Shown here piece by piece: positions 28,701 through 38,404 of a DNA stretch of 64,000 nt; position 1 is the first letter of the stretch, and each line of letters starts with the position of its first letter. This DNA is from an uncultured Candidatus Saccharibacteria bacterium (GTDB lineage: Bacteria; Patescibacteriota; UBA1384; 2-12-FULL-50-11): NCBI GenBank assembly GCA_964599405.1, contig CAZRED010000002.1, forward strand, positions 44,198 through 108,197, in the 5' to 3' direction. The position numbers and the translations under genes were made by a program. A model generated the notes under the pieces. The model did not search any database, was not told the DNA's origin, and was given only the letters and a program-made list of their open reading frames with translations.

Positions 28701-29183
28701 TTATTTAGCTTTCAAGGTGAGGCTAATCGAAAACGAGTAGCTTTTACTGCCGGCGGTCTCACCCTCGGTAACGCTAGCTATTGAGGCGGCGGCGAAAGTG
28801 GGGGCGGTAGCCAACTTATCCTGGAAGAGAACGATTGAACGACGGGTGGGCGTAGTTCCGGAAACTGTAATAACTGCCCCCTTGCTGGCGTCGCTGGTAA
28901 TCGAAACGGTTGTTAAGACGGTGTCTTGCGGCGTGGAAGCGGCGATATCGCCAAGTACCGTATCCCAGTTGGTGCCGCTGCGATACTTGCCGGACTGTTC
29001 GATTCGTCCGTCGATAAAGCTGGCTTTTTCAGCTAGCCCGCTGTATTTCTGCTCCTGCACCGTTAGGGCGTCCAGTTGAGCCTGCTGATCGTCTAAATTA
29101 ATCTGGGCAACGTAGCTGAAGGTGGTAATTGCCACGGCGCCAAGGGTAATGGCGATAATCGTGGCGGCATAGCCAGTTAGCAC
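28701..29183 (-). CDS. pilN: type IV pilus assembly protein PilN (annotated from GTG 29183; true start probably upstream at a non-canonical codon)
   Basis: TM segment plus periplasmic coiled coil. The conserved cytoplasmic INLAPKEIKGRQ segment lies in-frame upstream of the first canonical start, beginning 3 nt after the pilM stop. Confidence 0.55.
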   Translation of the reverse strand: MLTGYAATIIAITLGAVAITTFSYVAQINLDDQQAQLDALTVQEQKYSGLAEKASFIDGRIEQSGKYRSGTNWDTVLGDIAASTPQDTVLTTVSITSDASKGAVITVSGTTPTRRSIVLFQDKLATAPTFAAASIASVTEGETAGSKSYSFSISLTLKAK

Positions 29184-29248
29184 CAGATAGATCCGAGAAT
29201 TCTGGTTCTGCCGTCCTTTTATTTCCTTGGGAGCTAAGTTAATTATGA

Positions 29249-30244
29249 CTAAGCCTCCCGCATCGCTAGGCCGATGGCGTCGGCAAAGGTGTGGGTTAGT
29301 TCCGGCGGAACCGGGAAGCGATGGGTATCAACATTTTTAAACGGCTCGGCTAGGGCAACAGGTAGGCCGGTCTCGGACTTAAATAGCTCGGCGATGCCAG
29401 GGATGCCGGCGCCGGTGCCGGAGATAATAATTCCTTCAATTTTCACGCCCGGGCAGATGCGGTTTTCAAAAAACTTAATGACGTGAACTAGTTCATCAAA
29501 AACCGGTGCAATCTTCGCTTTCAATTCGGGCACCGGACCGGTAATCTTTTCGGCGATCATATGCGTTCCCCAAGGGACAGTCGAAGTGACTGTCAAGTCG
29601 TGCCCCTCCGCTACTGACACGCCAGTCCCCCCAACGCCCATGTCTATAATTATTCTAGCTTTTTTATCGTTAGTTCCCACTACCGAGCGGACAATTGCCC
29701 CTGGCTTAATATCAATCCCACCGAGCTCTAGCTTACAGAGCTGGCAAAGTTCAACGATTGAATCAACTAAAGTTTTTTTAGTAGCGGCAGCGAAAATTGT
29801 TTGATTGGTGGGCTTGGAGCTGGCCGGGGATTTGCTCGGTTTTGCTCCGGGTTTTTCTTCTGCAACGGACTTGTCTGGCGGTAGGAGGTCGTTTTTGCCA
29901 ACGGGGTTGCAGCTACTCTGGCTAACTTCGAAGTCTATATGGTATTCGTCTGGGTTAATCGACAGCCGTTCGGCCAGCTCGAAGGGTAGGGCTTTTTCCA
30001 GCTCCTGCTTAGTTAAAATTGGCATCGCTAAGGTGGCAGAAAAAATCACTGATTCTGGCAGCGCAAACATCGCCACGTGGCCGCTAATTGGGTGAGGTTT
30101 GGCGGCCCGCAAGGACTCGCTGACTACTTTGGCGATCTCCTGGACGTTTTCCAAGGTGTTAACCTTCCAGGAGCTGGGCGGGATATTGGCTAGGTGCATT
30201 CCCTGCAACCAATACCGCGAACCCTTCTTCTCCAGGCCAACCAC
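29249..30244 (-). CDS. pilM: type IV pilus assembly protein PilM (actin-like ATPase). First canonical start is GTG 30244; the conserved GVDIG N-terminal motif lies in-frame upstream.
   Basis: FtsA/actin-like motifs (IDMGVGGTGVSVAEG…; GGIDIKPGAIV). The in-frame upstream sequence IGKIVVGVDIGFETVKVV is preceded directly by GAGGAGGG. Confidence 0.7.
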   Translation of the reverse strand: MVGLEKKGSRYWLQGMHLANIPPSSWKVNTLENVQEIAKVVSESLRAAKPHPISGHVAMFALPESVIFSATLAMPILTKQELEKALPFELAERLSINPDEYHIDFEVSQSSCNPVGKNDLLPPDKSVAEEKPGAKPSKSPASSKPTNQTIFAAATKKTLVDSIVELCQLCKLELGGIDIKPGAIVRSVVGTNDKKARIIIDMGVGGTGVSVAEGHDLTVTSTVPWGTHMIAEKITGPVPELKAKIAPVFDELVHVIKFFENRICPGVKIEGIIISGTGAGIPGIAELFKSETGLPVALAEPFKNVDTHRFPVPPELTHTFADAIGLAMREA

Positions 30245-30342
30245 TTTGACCGTTTCGAAGCCGATATCAACACCAACTACTATCTTACCGATTTTCCCTC
30301 CTCATCTGTTTATTCTGAAGATTTGGTCGTTACCCGTCAAAT

Positions 30343-31551
30343 CTAGAAAGCATCGACAAGGTTGTAGATTGGCCCCAGTACCGAAGCAACGACAAAACCA
30401 ATACCAATACCCATTACCACCAACATAATCGGCTCCAGCAGAGTAGTTAGGTTCTTTGATAAGCTGTCGACTTCCCGGTCGTAAAACGAGGCGATCTCCA
30501 GCAGCACCGATTCCATATTGCCGGACTCCTCCCCAAGACTAACCAGTTGAGCAACCATCGGTGGAAAAAGGTCTTCGTGCTCGATAGCGCTAGAGAAAGT
30601 TTTGCCAGACTCAACCGATTTTTCAATCCGGGCAAAGGCCCGATCATAGTGAACATTACTGATAGTTTTCCGGATAATTTGAATCGACACCAAAATTGGC
30701 AAACTGGCTTTAATTAACATTGCCATCGTCCGGGAAAAACGAGCCATGTATACTTTTTTCGTTAACCCGCCGAAAATCGGAATCTTAATCTTGGCCTTAT
30801 CGTAGAACTCTTGTCCTCTGGGGGTGCGAGCCCACAGCCGGAGCAGAAAGACCGAGCCAACCAAGGAAGGGATAATCAGCCACCAGAAATTTCGGGCGAT
30901 ATTGCTGGTGCCAATCAGTATCCTGGTTAAAATTGGCAGTTCGGTGCCGGATTCGGTGAAAATTGTTTGTAGCGATGGGATAACAAACAGAACGATTAAG
31001 ACCACCACTCCAATCAGCAACGTGAAAATAACCGCCGGGTAGATCATGGCGCCTTTTACCTTGCCGACCAGGTCGGCTTCTCGCTCTTGTTGGTCGGCCA
31101 GTGTCAGCAGAACTTCCGAGAGCTGTCCGGTTTGCTCACCGGCTCGAATTACCGCGATATAGATTTGCGGGAAAACGTCCGGGTAGCGCTCCATCGCTTT
31201 CGAAAGAATCTGCCCGCCGCGAACTTTGTCGATCATGTCCTTCAAGACGTCGTGGAAGTATTCGTTCTCGGTCTGTTTGCTTAACGATTCCAGGGCCTTA
31301 ATAATCGAGAGGCCGGCTTTATTCATAACCGCCAGTTGGCGGGAGAAGATAATTTTTTCTTTCAATCCAACTTTTTTATGGAAAATTCCACTGCCACGGC
31401 GTTTCTTCTCACTAGTTTCAGTAATTGACAAAACAAAGTAGTTTTGGCCGCGCAAAAGCCGGTTGGCTTCAGTAATACTCTCCGATTGGATAATGCCCTT
31501 GCTGGCTTTTGTTTCTCCCGGTTTTCTTACTTCGTAGGTAAATAGCCCCAT
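30343..31551 (-). CDS. pilC: type IV pilus assembly platform protein PilC (GspF family)
   Basis: Two GspF repeats with three TM segments. N-terminus MGLFTYEVRKPGETKA is typical of PilC; ATG at 31551 chosen. Confidence 0.85.
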   Translation of the reverse strand: MGLFTYEVRKPGETKASKGIIQSESITEANRLLRGQNYFVLSITETSEKKRRGSGIFHKKVGLKEKIIFSRQLAVMNKAGLSIIKALESLSKQTENEYFHDVLKDMIDKVRGGQILSKAMERYPDVFPQIYIAVIRAGEQTGQLSEVLLTLADQQEREADLVGKVKGAMIYPAVIFTLLIGVVVLIVLFVIPSLQTIFTESGTELPILTRILIGTSNIARNFWWLIIPSLVGSVFLLRLWARTPRGQEFYDKAKIKIPIFGGLTKKVYMARFSRTMAMLIKASLPILVSIQIIRKTISNVHYDRAFARIEKSVESGKTFSSAIEHEDLFPPMVAQLVSLGEESGNMESVLLEIASFYDREVDSLSKNLTTLLEPIMLVVMGIGIGFVVASVLGPIYNLVDAF

Positions 31552-31552
31552 C

Positions 31553-33502
31553 TTAGTCGCGGGCGACGCGCCAGACCTCTTCAATGGTAGTAACGCCGGC
31601 CATCGCTTTCAGGATACCGTCCTGCTTCATCGTAATCAGCCCCTCTTTGAAGGCTTGGGCGACAATTTCGCTGGTGCTAGCGTGCTTCAGGGCCAGCTGG
31701 CGGATTGGCTCGGTAATTGATAACACTTCAAAGATACCAATACGCCCGGAGTAGCCACTGTTGTTACAGGCTTCGCAGCCTTGGCCAACGTAAAATTTAT
31801 TGATTTTTAGCGCTGCCGATTTCTCCGGCTCCGGCATTAAGTCCATTTCTTTTTTCACCGCTTCCACATCCTCCGGTTTAATTGGTGCTTCTTTACGGCA
31901 TTTCTCACAGATTTTTCGACACAACCGTTGGCCGACTACTGCATTGAGCGAAGAGGTAATTAAAAACGGTTCAATTCCCATATCGAGCAGTCGGGGGATA
32001 GCGCCGGCCGAGTCATTGGTGTGGAGCGTGGAAAGCACAATATGGCCAGTTAAGGCGGCATTAATGGCAATATCGGCCGTTTCGCGATCGCGAATTTCTC
32101 CCACCATCACCACGTCGGGGTCTTGGCGCAAAATTGAGCGCAAACCGGTAGCAAAGGTGAAGTCAATCTTCGAATTCACCTGGCTTTGGTTGACTTCCGG
32201 CATTCGGTATTCGACGGGATCTTCCATAGTAACGATGTTAATGCCGGGGTCATTAATAGTGCTAATTGCCGAGTAGAGGGTAGTGGATTTACCGGAGCCA
32301 GTCGGACCGGTCACCAGAATCATGCCGTGGGATTTCTTGATGTTATCGCTCAGTATCTTCAAATTCCGGCCAGTGATACCCTGTTCTTCGAAGCTCATTA
32401 CGCCCTTGCTGTGCATTAGAACGCGAGCAACCACTTTCTCGCCGTTGACAGTGGGCAAGGTGGAAATACGGAAATCGACTTTCTCGCCGTCCATCAGAAT
32501 TTGAATCCGGCCATCTTGGGGCAGGCGGGTTTCGTCAATTTTCAAGTTAGAAAGAATTTTAATTCGGGAAATTACGCCACTTTTGACTTGTTTGGGCAGC
32601 GTCAATACTTTGCGTAGCACACCATCCACCCTGAAACGCACCTGAACTTCTTCTTCCAACGGCTCAATATGAATATCAGAAGCTTTTTCCCGAACCGAGC
32701 GTTTCAAGAGTGATGCGACAATTTTGGCAGCTGGAGAGGTTTCGGTAATTTCTTCGTCATCAGCAGCATCTTTTTTGGCTTCTTCGTCTTCGTCAACTGT
32801 CTCCAGTTCTTCGCTGGATTTCACCAGCTCTTTTAGGTCGGCTTGGAGCGAGGTGTATTGGTCGAGAATCCGGTTAACGTCGTCGAGGGTAGTGATAAAT
32901 GGCCGAATAATTTTTCCAGAAGTTTTACGGATAGTGTTGAAAGCCTCTTCGTTTTCTGGGTCGGTCATGGCTACTGACAGTGTGTTGCCTTCTAAAGCAA
33001 ACGGCACAGCCAAATACTTCCGGGCAATTTTATCAGGAATCAAAGCCAGGATATTTTTGGGGATCTGCTTACCGGAGAGCTCAATAAATTGAACATCGCT
33101 GCCGCGGGTTTGGAGCGGACTAATCCGGAATGTCTCGTCGATTGGTTGGAGGGGCGCTTCGGTGGCCGGAGTAGCGGTCAAGGAATCCTTAATCGCCTCG
33201 TTGACTGTGAATTCGATAGTGGTGGCCGCATCCAACTTTAAGACCTGCCTCTTACCGCCGAAATTAGTCGTGACTTTGCGGCTGGGTAGTCGAACTAACT
33301 TGAAAGTGCCCAGATCGGGCAGCTCTACCGCTTCATCAGCGCGGAGTGCTTCTCCAATCACGTCAGTACCGGCTTTCAAATAGGCCCGCACCTTAAATGT
33401 CGGCAACTTCGTCGCTGTGGCGATTTTTTTAATCACATCATTTGTTACTGCCAACTCACCCTCCTCTATGCATGCTAGCAAAAGAGCGACAATTTGACAC
33501 AT
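31553..33502 (-). CDS. pilB: type IV pilus assembly ATPase PilB (GspE family) with an N-terminal HU/IHF-like DNA-binding domain fusion
   Basis: Walker A GPTGSGKSTTLYS, Asp box, Walker B, His box, and a CxxC…CxxC tetracysteine motif. N1 domain of GspE type. The first ~95 aa (VTNDVIKKIATATKL…GTFKLVRLPSRKVTTNFGGKRQVLKLDAATTIEF…AIKDSL) align along the whole length of HU/IHF (BHL fold). ATG at 33502. Confidence 0.85.
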   Translation of the reverse strand: MCQIVALLLACIEEGELAVTNDVIKKIATATKLPTFKVRAYLKAGTDVIGEALRADEAVELPDLGTFKLVRLPSRKVTTNFGGKRQVLKLDAATTIEFTVNEAIKDSLTATPATEAPLQPIDETFRISPLQTRGSDVQFIELSGKQIPKNILALIPDKIARKYLAVPFALEGNTLSVAMTDPENEEAFNTIRKTSGKIIRPFITTLDDVNRILDQYTSLQADLKELVKSSEELETVDEDEEAKKDAADDEEITETSPAAKIVASLLKRSVREKASDIHIEPLEEEVQVRFRVDGVLRKVLTLPKQVKSGVISRIKILSNLKIDETRLPQDGRIQILMDGEKVDFRISTLPTVNGEKVVARVLMHSKGVMSFEEQGITGRNLKILSDNIKKSHGMILVTGPTGSGKSTTLYSAISTINDPGINIVTMEDPVEYRMPEVNQSQVNSKIDFTFATGLRSILRQDPDVVMVGEIRDRETADIAINAALTGHIVLSTLHTNDSAGAIPRLLDMGIEPFLITSSLNAVVGQRLCRKICEKCRKEAPIKPEDVEAVKKEMDLMPEPEKSAALKINKFYVGQGCEACNNSGYSGRIGIFEVLSITEPIRQLALKHASTSEIVAQAFKEGLITMKQDGILKAMAGVTTIEEVWRVARD

Positions 33503-33593
33503 AAATGTCCTCTGAGTGTGACAGTGACAATGGGGGTGGTCTGTGGCAATATGAGCCCATGCAAAAAAGAGGGAGAAATGGCCTGGGTGGTCG

Positions 33594-35099
33594 ATGACCA
33601 CACTCTACCGGCTTTATCGGCCGACCCATTTCGGTGAAGTAATTGGCCAGGATCATATCCGCTCGGTGCTTCAAAACACGGTGGCTAAAAACGCGATTGG
33701 CCAAGCCTACCTTTTCTCCGGTCCGCGGGGAAGCGGCAAGACTACCGTAGCTCGGCTCTTTGCCAAAGCCGCCAACTGCCAGAAGCCAGCTAAAGACGGC
33801 AACCCCTGCAATAAATGCGCTAGCTGCCAAGAAATTATGGACGGGCGAGCGGTGGATGTGTTGGAAATTGATGCCGCATCGAACCGGGGAATCGATGAAA
33901 TCCGCGAATTACGCGAAAGAGTAAATTTCACACCGGTCGCCGCCAAATTCAAAGTTTACATTATTGACGAGGTGCATATGCTCACCCGTGAAGCATTTAA
34001 TGCCCTGCTCAAGACCCTGGAAGAGCCGCCCACTCACGCCATTTTTATCTTAGCTACTACCGAATTACACAAAGTGCCAGAAACAATCATTTCGCGCTGC
34101 CAACGTTTTGCTTTTCGCCGGGCCAGCGATCAAGAGCTCCAGCAGTTATTAGAAACTGTGGTCGGTAAAGAAAAAATTCCTCTGGCGGCCGAAGCGTTTG
34201 AAGTGATTATCCGCCGAGCCGAAGGGTCGTACCGCGACGCACTGTCGCTGCTCGGCAGCCTTTCGGCCCATGGCGGCAATATTAGTCACGATCAAGCTTT
34301 GATGCTACTGGGGTTGCCGCCACAACAGCTGCTAGAGGGTATCGTTACCGACTTGGAACAGGGCAACGCCGGGGAGCTGCAAGCCAAACTGATTGCGGCG
34401 CTGACCGCCGGGCACGACCTAGTGATTTTAACGAAGGTCTTAGCCGACCATTACAAGAAAAGGATCCTGCAATCTGGCGAAATTGGCGAAAAAATCGGCC
34501 GCGACGCGGCCATTTTAGAGCAGCTGTTAGTGGCCCTAACCCGTAGTCGCTACAGCAGCGACCCGACTGGCTCGGTACTCGCTCGGCTCCTGTCGGTGTG
34601 TACGGCGATTAACAGCCAAGCGGCCAAATCTGCGCCTACTAAACCAGTGATGGTGTCCTCTGAGCAAACTCAAGTCAAAGACCTTCATCAACCCACCGAT
34701 GATCCTCTCGACGCCCAGAAGCCAACTGAAGCTGCTAACGTTGATGCTGTCACTAGTCCGGTTAAACCCATCGAAGGAATGGAAGAATTCTGGAGCGCCT
34801 TTTTGCACGAAATGAAACAACACAACCACGCCCTCTACATGTTGCTACGCTCGGCGATTCTGCTGGATTTAACGGATGAAAAAATGCTGCTGGCAGTGCG
34901 TTTTCGTTTTTACTCCGAGCGGCTTTTTGAAGTGAAAAACCGCCAGCTGATTGAAGCCTCGGCCGAAAAGTTGCTTGGCAAAAAAATTACTCTAGAGTGC
35001 GAAGTGCGTAGCGACTTGGATACCGGAGCAGGCGGGGGCGAGGATTTGGTCAGCGCTGTTGTTGACGTCTTTGAATTGGAGAAATCCCCCGATGAATAA
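33594..35099 (+). CDS. dnaX: DNA polymerase III subunit gamma/tau
   Basis: RFC-box/AAA+ motifs (GPRGSGKTT, DEVHML, SRC). Divergent from pilB. Confidence 0.85.
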   Translation: MTTLYRLYRPTHFGEVIGQDHIRSVLQNTVAKNAIGQAYLFSGPRGSGKTTVARLFAKAANCQKPAKDGNPCNKCASCQEIMDGRAVDVLEIDAASNRGIDEIRELRERVNFTPVAAKFKVYIIDEVHMLTREAFNALLKTLEEPPTHAIFILATTELHKVPETIISRCQRFAFRRASDQELQQLLETVVGKEKIPLAAEAFEVIIRRAEGSYRDALSLLGSLSAHGGNISHDQALMLLGLPPQQLLEGIVTDLEQGNAGELQAKLIAALTAGHDLVILTKVLADHYKKRILQSGEIGEKIGRDAAILEQLLVALTRSRYSSDPTGSVLARLLSVCTAINSQAAKSAPTKPVMVSSEQTQVKDLHQPTDDPLDAQKPTEAANVDAVTSPVKPIEGMEEFWSAFLHEMKQHNHALYMLLRSAILLDLTDEKMLLAVRFRFYSERLFEVKNRQLIEASAEKLLGKKITLECEVRSDLDTGAGGGEDLVSAVVDVFELEKSPDE

Positions 35100-35102
35100 T
35101 AG

Positions 35103-36467
35103 ATGAGTAATAGTAGCAAAGAGCCCCTAGGCAAATTGCCGCCGCAAAACACTGAAGCCGAAGCCGCCGTGTTAGGTGCGGTATTGGTGAATAAAGAAGC
35201 CATCGACAAAATCGCCGATGTGATTGTTGATCAAGATTTTTACCGCCACGACCACCAAATTATTTTTCGGGCGATACTGCGGCTCTACGAAAAGCGCTCA
35301 CCGATTGATTTGGTTACTTTAACCAACGAACTGGACGGTTTGAAACAGCTTGATGAAATTGGCGGCCCGGCTTATTTGGCGCAGTTGGTTAATAATGTTC
35401 CTACCGCTCTGCACGTCGCTCGCTACGCCGAGATTGTTCACCAAAAAGCGGTGCTACGGCGGATTTTGGCGGCCGGACAAAAAATCACTAGTCTCGGTTA
35501 TGAAGAGGATAAAGAGGTGGACGAAGTGTTGGACGAGGCCGAAAAAGCCCTGTTTGGCGTCAGCCACCAGCTAATTAAAGATAATTTCTTGCCGATTTCC
35601 GATATTTTGGCGGCGAGTTTTGACCGCATTGACCAGCTGCACCGCGAAAAAGGGATGCTTCGCGGTGTCACTACCGGCTTTAAGGATTTAGACAACAAAC
35701 TCTCCGGCTTGCAGGCCTCGGATTTGGTGATTATCGCTGCTCGCCCCAGTATGGGTAAAACGACGTTCGCGTTGAATATCGCCCTCAATGCGGCCATTCA
35801 AGGCAAAACGCCAGTGGGCTTTTTCTCGCTGGAGCAGAGTAAGGAACAGGTGGTAGATCGGTTAATCTCTGCCCAAGCGATGGTAGACGGCTGGAAACTA
35901 CGCACCGGTAACTTGCGCGAAGACGACTTCCCGGCGATCGGAATGGCGATGGGGACATTGGCCGAGGCGCCGATTTTTATCGACGATTCGCCACTACTCA
36001 CTCCGATTGAAATTCGTACCCGCGCCCGCCGGCTGAAGGCCGATCATAACTTAGGCCTAATTGTTGTTGACTACCTCCAGTTGGTGGATAGTGGCGGCTA
36101 CGGTGGCAACGATAACCGGGTGCAGCAGGTCTCGGAGATTTCCCGCTCGCTGAAAGCCCTGGCTCGCGAGCTGAACGTGCCGGTAATTGCCCTTTCCCAG
36201 CTCTCCCGCGCCGTCGAGAGCCGCGATAAAAAAATTCCCCAGCTGTCGGACTTGAGAGATTCGGGTTCAATTGAGCAAGATGCCGACGTGGTGATGTTTC
36301 TGTACCGCGAAGACTACTACGATCGCGATACCGAGCGCAAAGGCATTACCGACGTGATGATTCGCAAACACCGCAACGGCCCAATTGGCGAAATCGAACT
36401 GCACTTCAAGCCAGAACAAGGCCGCTTCTACGGCGTCGAGCGCAAAGCCAAAGCCAAGGCGGAGTAA
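35103..36467 (+). CDS. dnaB: replicative DNA helicase DnaB
   Basis: DnaB N-terminal domain (PQNTEAEAAVLGAVL) plus RecA-like C-terminus with Walker A ARPSMGKT. Confidence 0.9.
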   Translation: MSNSSKEPLGKLPPQNTEAEAAVLGAVLVNKEAIDKIADVIVDQDFYRHDHQIIFRAILRLYEKRSPIDLVTLTNELDGLKQLDEIGGPAYLAQLVNNVPTALHVARYAEIVHQKAVLRRILAAGQKITSLGYEEDKEVDEVLDEAEKALFGVSHQLIKDNFLPISDILAASFDRIDQLHREKGMLRGVTTGFKDLDNKLSGLQASDLVIIAARPSMGKTTFALNIALNAAIQGKTPVGFFSLEQSKEQVVDRLISAQAMVDGWKLRTGNLREDDFPAIGMAMGTLAEAPIFIDDSPLLTPIEIRTRARRLKADHNLGLIVVDYLQLVDSGGYGGNDNRVQQVSEISRSLKALARELNVPVIALSQLSRAVESRDKKIPQLSDLRDSGSIEQDADVVMFLYREDYYDRDTERKGITDVMIRKHRNGPIGEIELHFKPEQGRFYGVERKAKAKAE

Positions 36468-36513
36468 CTAGATAATTGCTCCAAGTAGATAATTTCGTTA
36501 CGCTCGTTTTTGC

Positions 36514-38385
36514 ATGTCAGATACCAAAAACCCCGTTTTTGCCGATTTAAACCCTGCCCAAATTGCAGCCGTTAAAGCCACCGAGGGGCCAGTACTGATT
36601 CTGGCAGGCGCCGGGAGTGGCAAAACCAAGTGTCTAACCCACCGTTTGGCTTTTATTGTTGACCAAAAACGGGCGAATCTAAGTGAAATCCTCTGTATAA
36701 CTTTCACAAATAAAGCGGCCCAAGAACTAGCCGAGCGGATTTTGAAAATTCTCGGCCAGCCGCTAGCTGCACACCAAAAAAATCCAGCGTTTGCCATTCG
36801 CCGCTTACTGCCGTGGGTGGGCACATTTCACTCGGTTTGCGTGCGAATTTTGCGAGCCGAGCACGTTGCTGCGGGGATTTCGCGCAGTTTCACCATTTTT
36901 GACTCCGACGACTCGCTATCTACTGTCAAACAAATCCTTAAAGACAAAAACCTCGACCCCAAGCAGTACAGCCCCCAAGCGATTCGTTCAATTATTAGCC
37001 ACAACAAGAATGAGCTGATGACTCCAGATCAGTACGAGCCGTATGCCCAAGGGCATTTTCAAACGATTGCTCTGGAAGTTTTCCGAGCCTACGAGAAGCA
37101 GTTGGGCGAACTTCAAGCGCTCGACTTCGATGACCTAATTGGCCGAACCGTAAAAGTACTCAAGGAGAACAAAGAAGTGCGCGAGAGATATCACCAGCAG
37201 TTTAAGTACGTGATGGTGGACGAGTACCAGGACACCAATAAAGCCCAGTATCAGCTAACTCGTTTACTAACCAACCCGAAAACCAACAATCTTTGCGTGG
37301 TAGGCGATGATTTTCAGTCGATTTATGCCTGGCGCGGCGCTAATTTCCAGAATATTTTGAACTTTGCCCGGGATTACACCAACACGACTATTATCAAATT
37401 GGAACAGAACTACCGCTCGACTAAAACTATTCTGGCCGCCTCGGATGCGATTATCAAAAAGGTTAAGAAACGCTCCAACAAAACTATCTGGACCGACAAT
37501 GAGGCCGGCCCGCCGATCACCATTTTCGAAGCCAACAACGCCTACGCCGAAGCGGATTTTATCGCCACGGAAATTCGCAGTCTGCGCGGGCTAGGCTACA
37601 ACTGGTCCGACGGTGCCATTCTGTACCGAACCAACGCCCAGTCCCGTATTTTGGAAGAAATCTTTCTCTCGGAAGGTGTACCGTATCGTCTAGTCGGGGC
37701 GCTGCGCTTCTACGAACGCAAGGAAGTGAAAGATATGCTCTCTTATATCCGGTTTATCGCTAATCAAAACGACACCCACTCGTTGGCGCGGATTATCAAC
37801 CTGCCGCCACGGGGTATCGGGCCGAAAACTTTCAAAGCCGGCGGTGAAAAGGTTCAGCAATTTCTGGACCAGATGGAAATAATTCGCCAGAGCGTTGGGC
37901 AAAATCCTCCGGCAGCTATTTTGGAGCAAGTCCTTAAGGCCACCCGCTATCAAGCTTTTGTTGACGACGGCACGGAGGAAGGGGAGAGCCGTTGGGAGAA
38001 CGTCGAGGAATTGCGTAACTTAGCCCAAGAGTTCGAGACGATTGAAGACTTTTTGGAGCACGTGGCGCTGGTTTCAGACGTCGACAACTTCGACCGGGGA
38101 GCGGACGCGGTAACGCTGATGACTCTGCACTCTTCCAAGGGTTTGGAGTTTACCACCGTCTTTCTGGCCGGCCTGGAAGAGGGACTGTTTCCCCATATGC
38201 GCTCGCTGGAAGACGACGCCGAAATGGATGAAGAGCGCCGGCTTTGCTATGTTGGCATGACCCGAGCCAAGAAGCGGCTCTACATGACCATGGCTCGCTC
38301 CCGAATTACCCACGGCGGCCTGACGATGACTCTGCCGAGCCGTTTCCTGGCGGAGATAGATTCCAGTCTTGTCGACCGGGTCTGA
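36514..38385 (+). CDS. pcrA: ATP-dependent DNA helicase PcrA/UvrD family
   Basis: SF1 helicase motifs (AGAGSGKT, DEYQDTN, …VGDDFQSIY…). Confidence 0.85.
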   Translation: MSDTKNPVFADLNPAQIAAVKATEGPVLILAGAGSGKTKCLTHRLAFIVDQKRANLSEILCITFTNKAAQELAERILKILGQPLAAHQKNPAFAIRRLLPWVGTFHSVCVRILRAEHVAAGISRSFTIFDSDDSLSTVKQILKDKNLDPKQYSPQAIRSIISHNKNELMTPDQYEPYAQGHFQTIALEVFRAYEKQLGELQALDFDDLIGRTVKVLKENKEVRERYHQQFKYVMVDEYQDTNKAQYQLTRLLTNPKTNNLCVVGDDFQSIYAWRGANFQNILNFARDYTNTTIIKLEQNYRSTKTILAASDAIIKKVKKRSNKTIWTDNEAGPPITIFEANNAYAEADFIATEIRSLRGLGYNWSDGAILYRTNAQSRILEEIFLSEGVPYRLVGALRFYERKEVKDMLSYIRFIANQNDTHSLARIINLPPRGIGPKTFKAGGEKVQQFLDQMEIIRQSVGQNPPAAILEQVLKATRYQAFVDDGTEEGESRWENVEELRNLAQEFETIEDFLEHVALVSDVDNFDRGADAVTLMTLHSSKGLEFTTVFLAGLEEGLFPHMRSLEDDAEMDEERRLCYVGMTRAKKRLYMTMARSRITHGGLTMTLPSRFLAEIDSSLVDRV

Positions 38386-38404
38386 AGCGATTAGGATATT
38401 CTTC

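Noticed and set aside
33503-33601. The first 33 codons of the 682-aa pilB ORF (MVIDHPGHFSLFF…HCHCHTQRTF)
   Set aside because: This is read-through of the divergent pilB/dnaX promoter region. The ATG at 33502 immediately precedes the HU-like domain and is the likely start.
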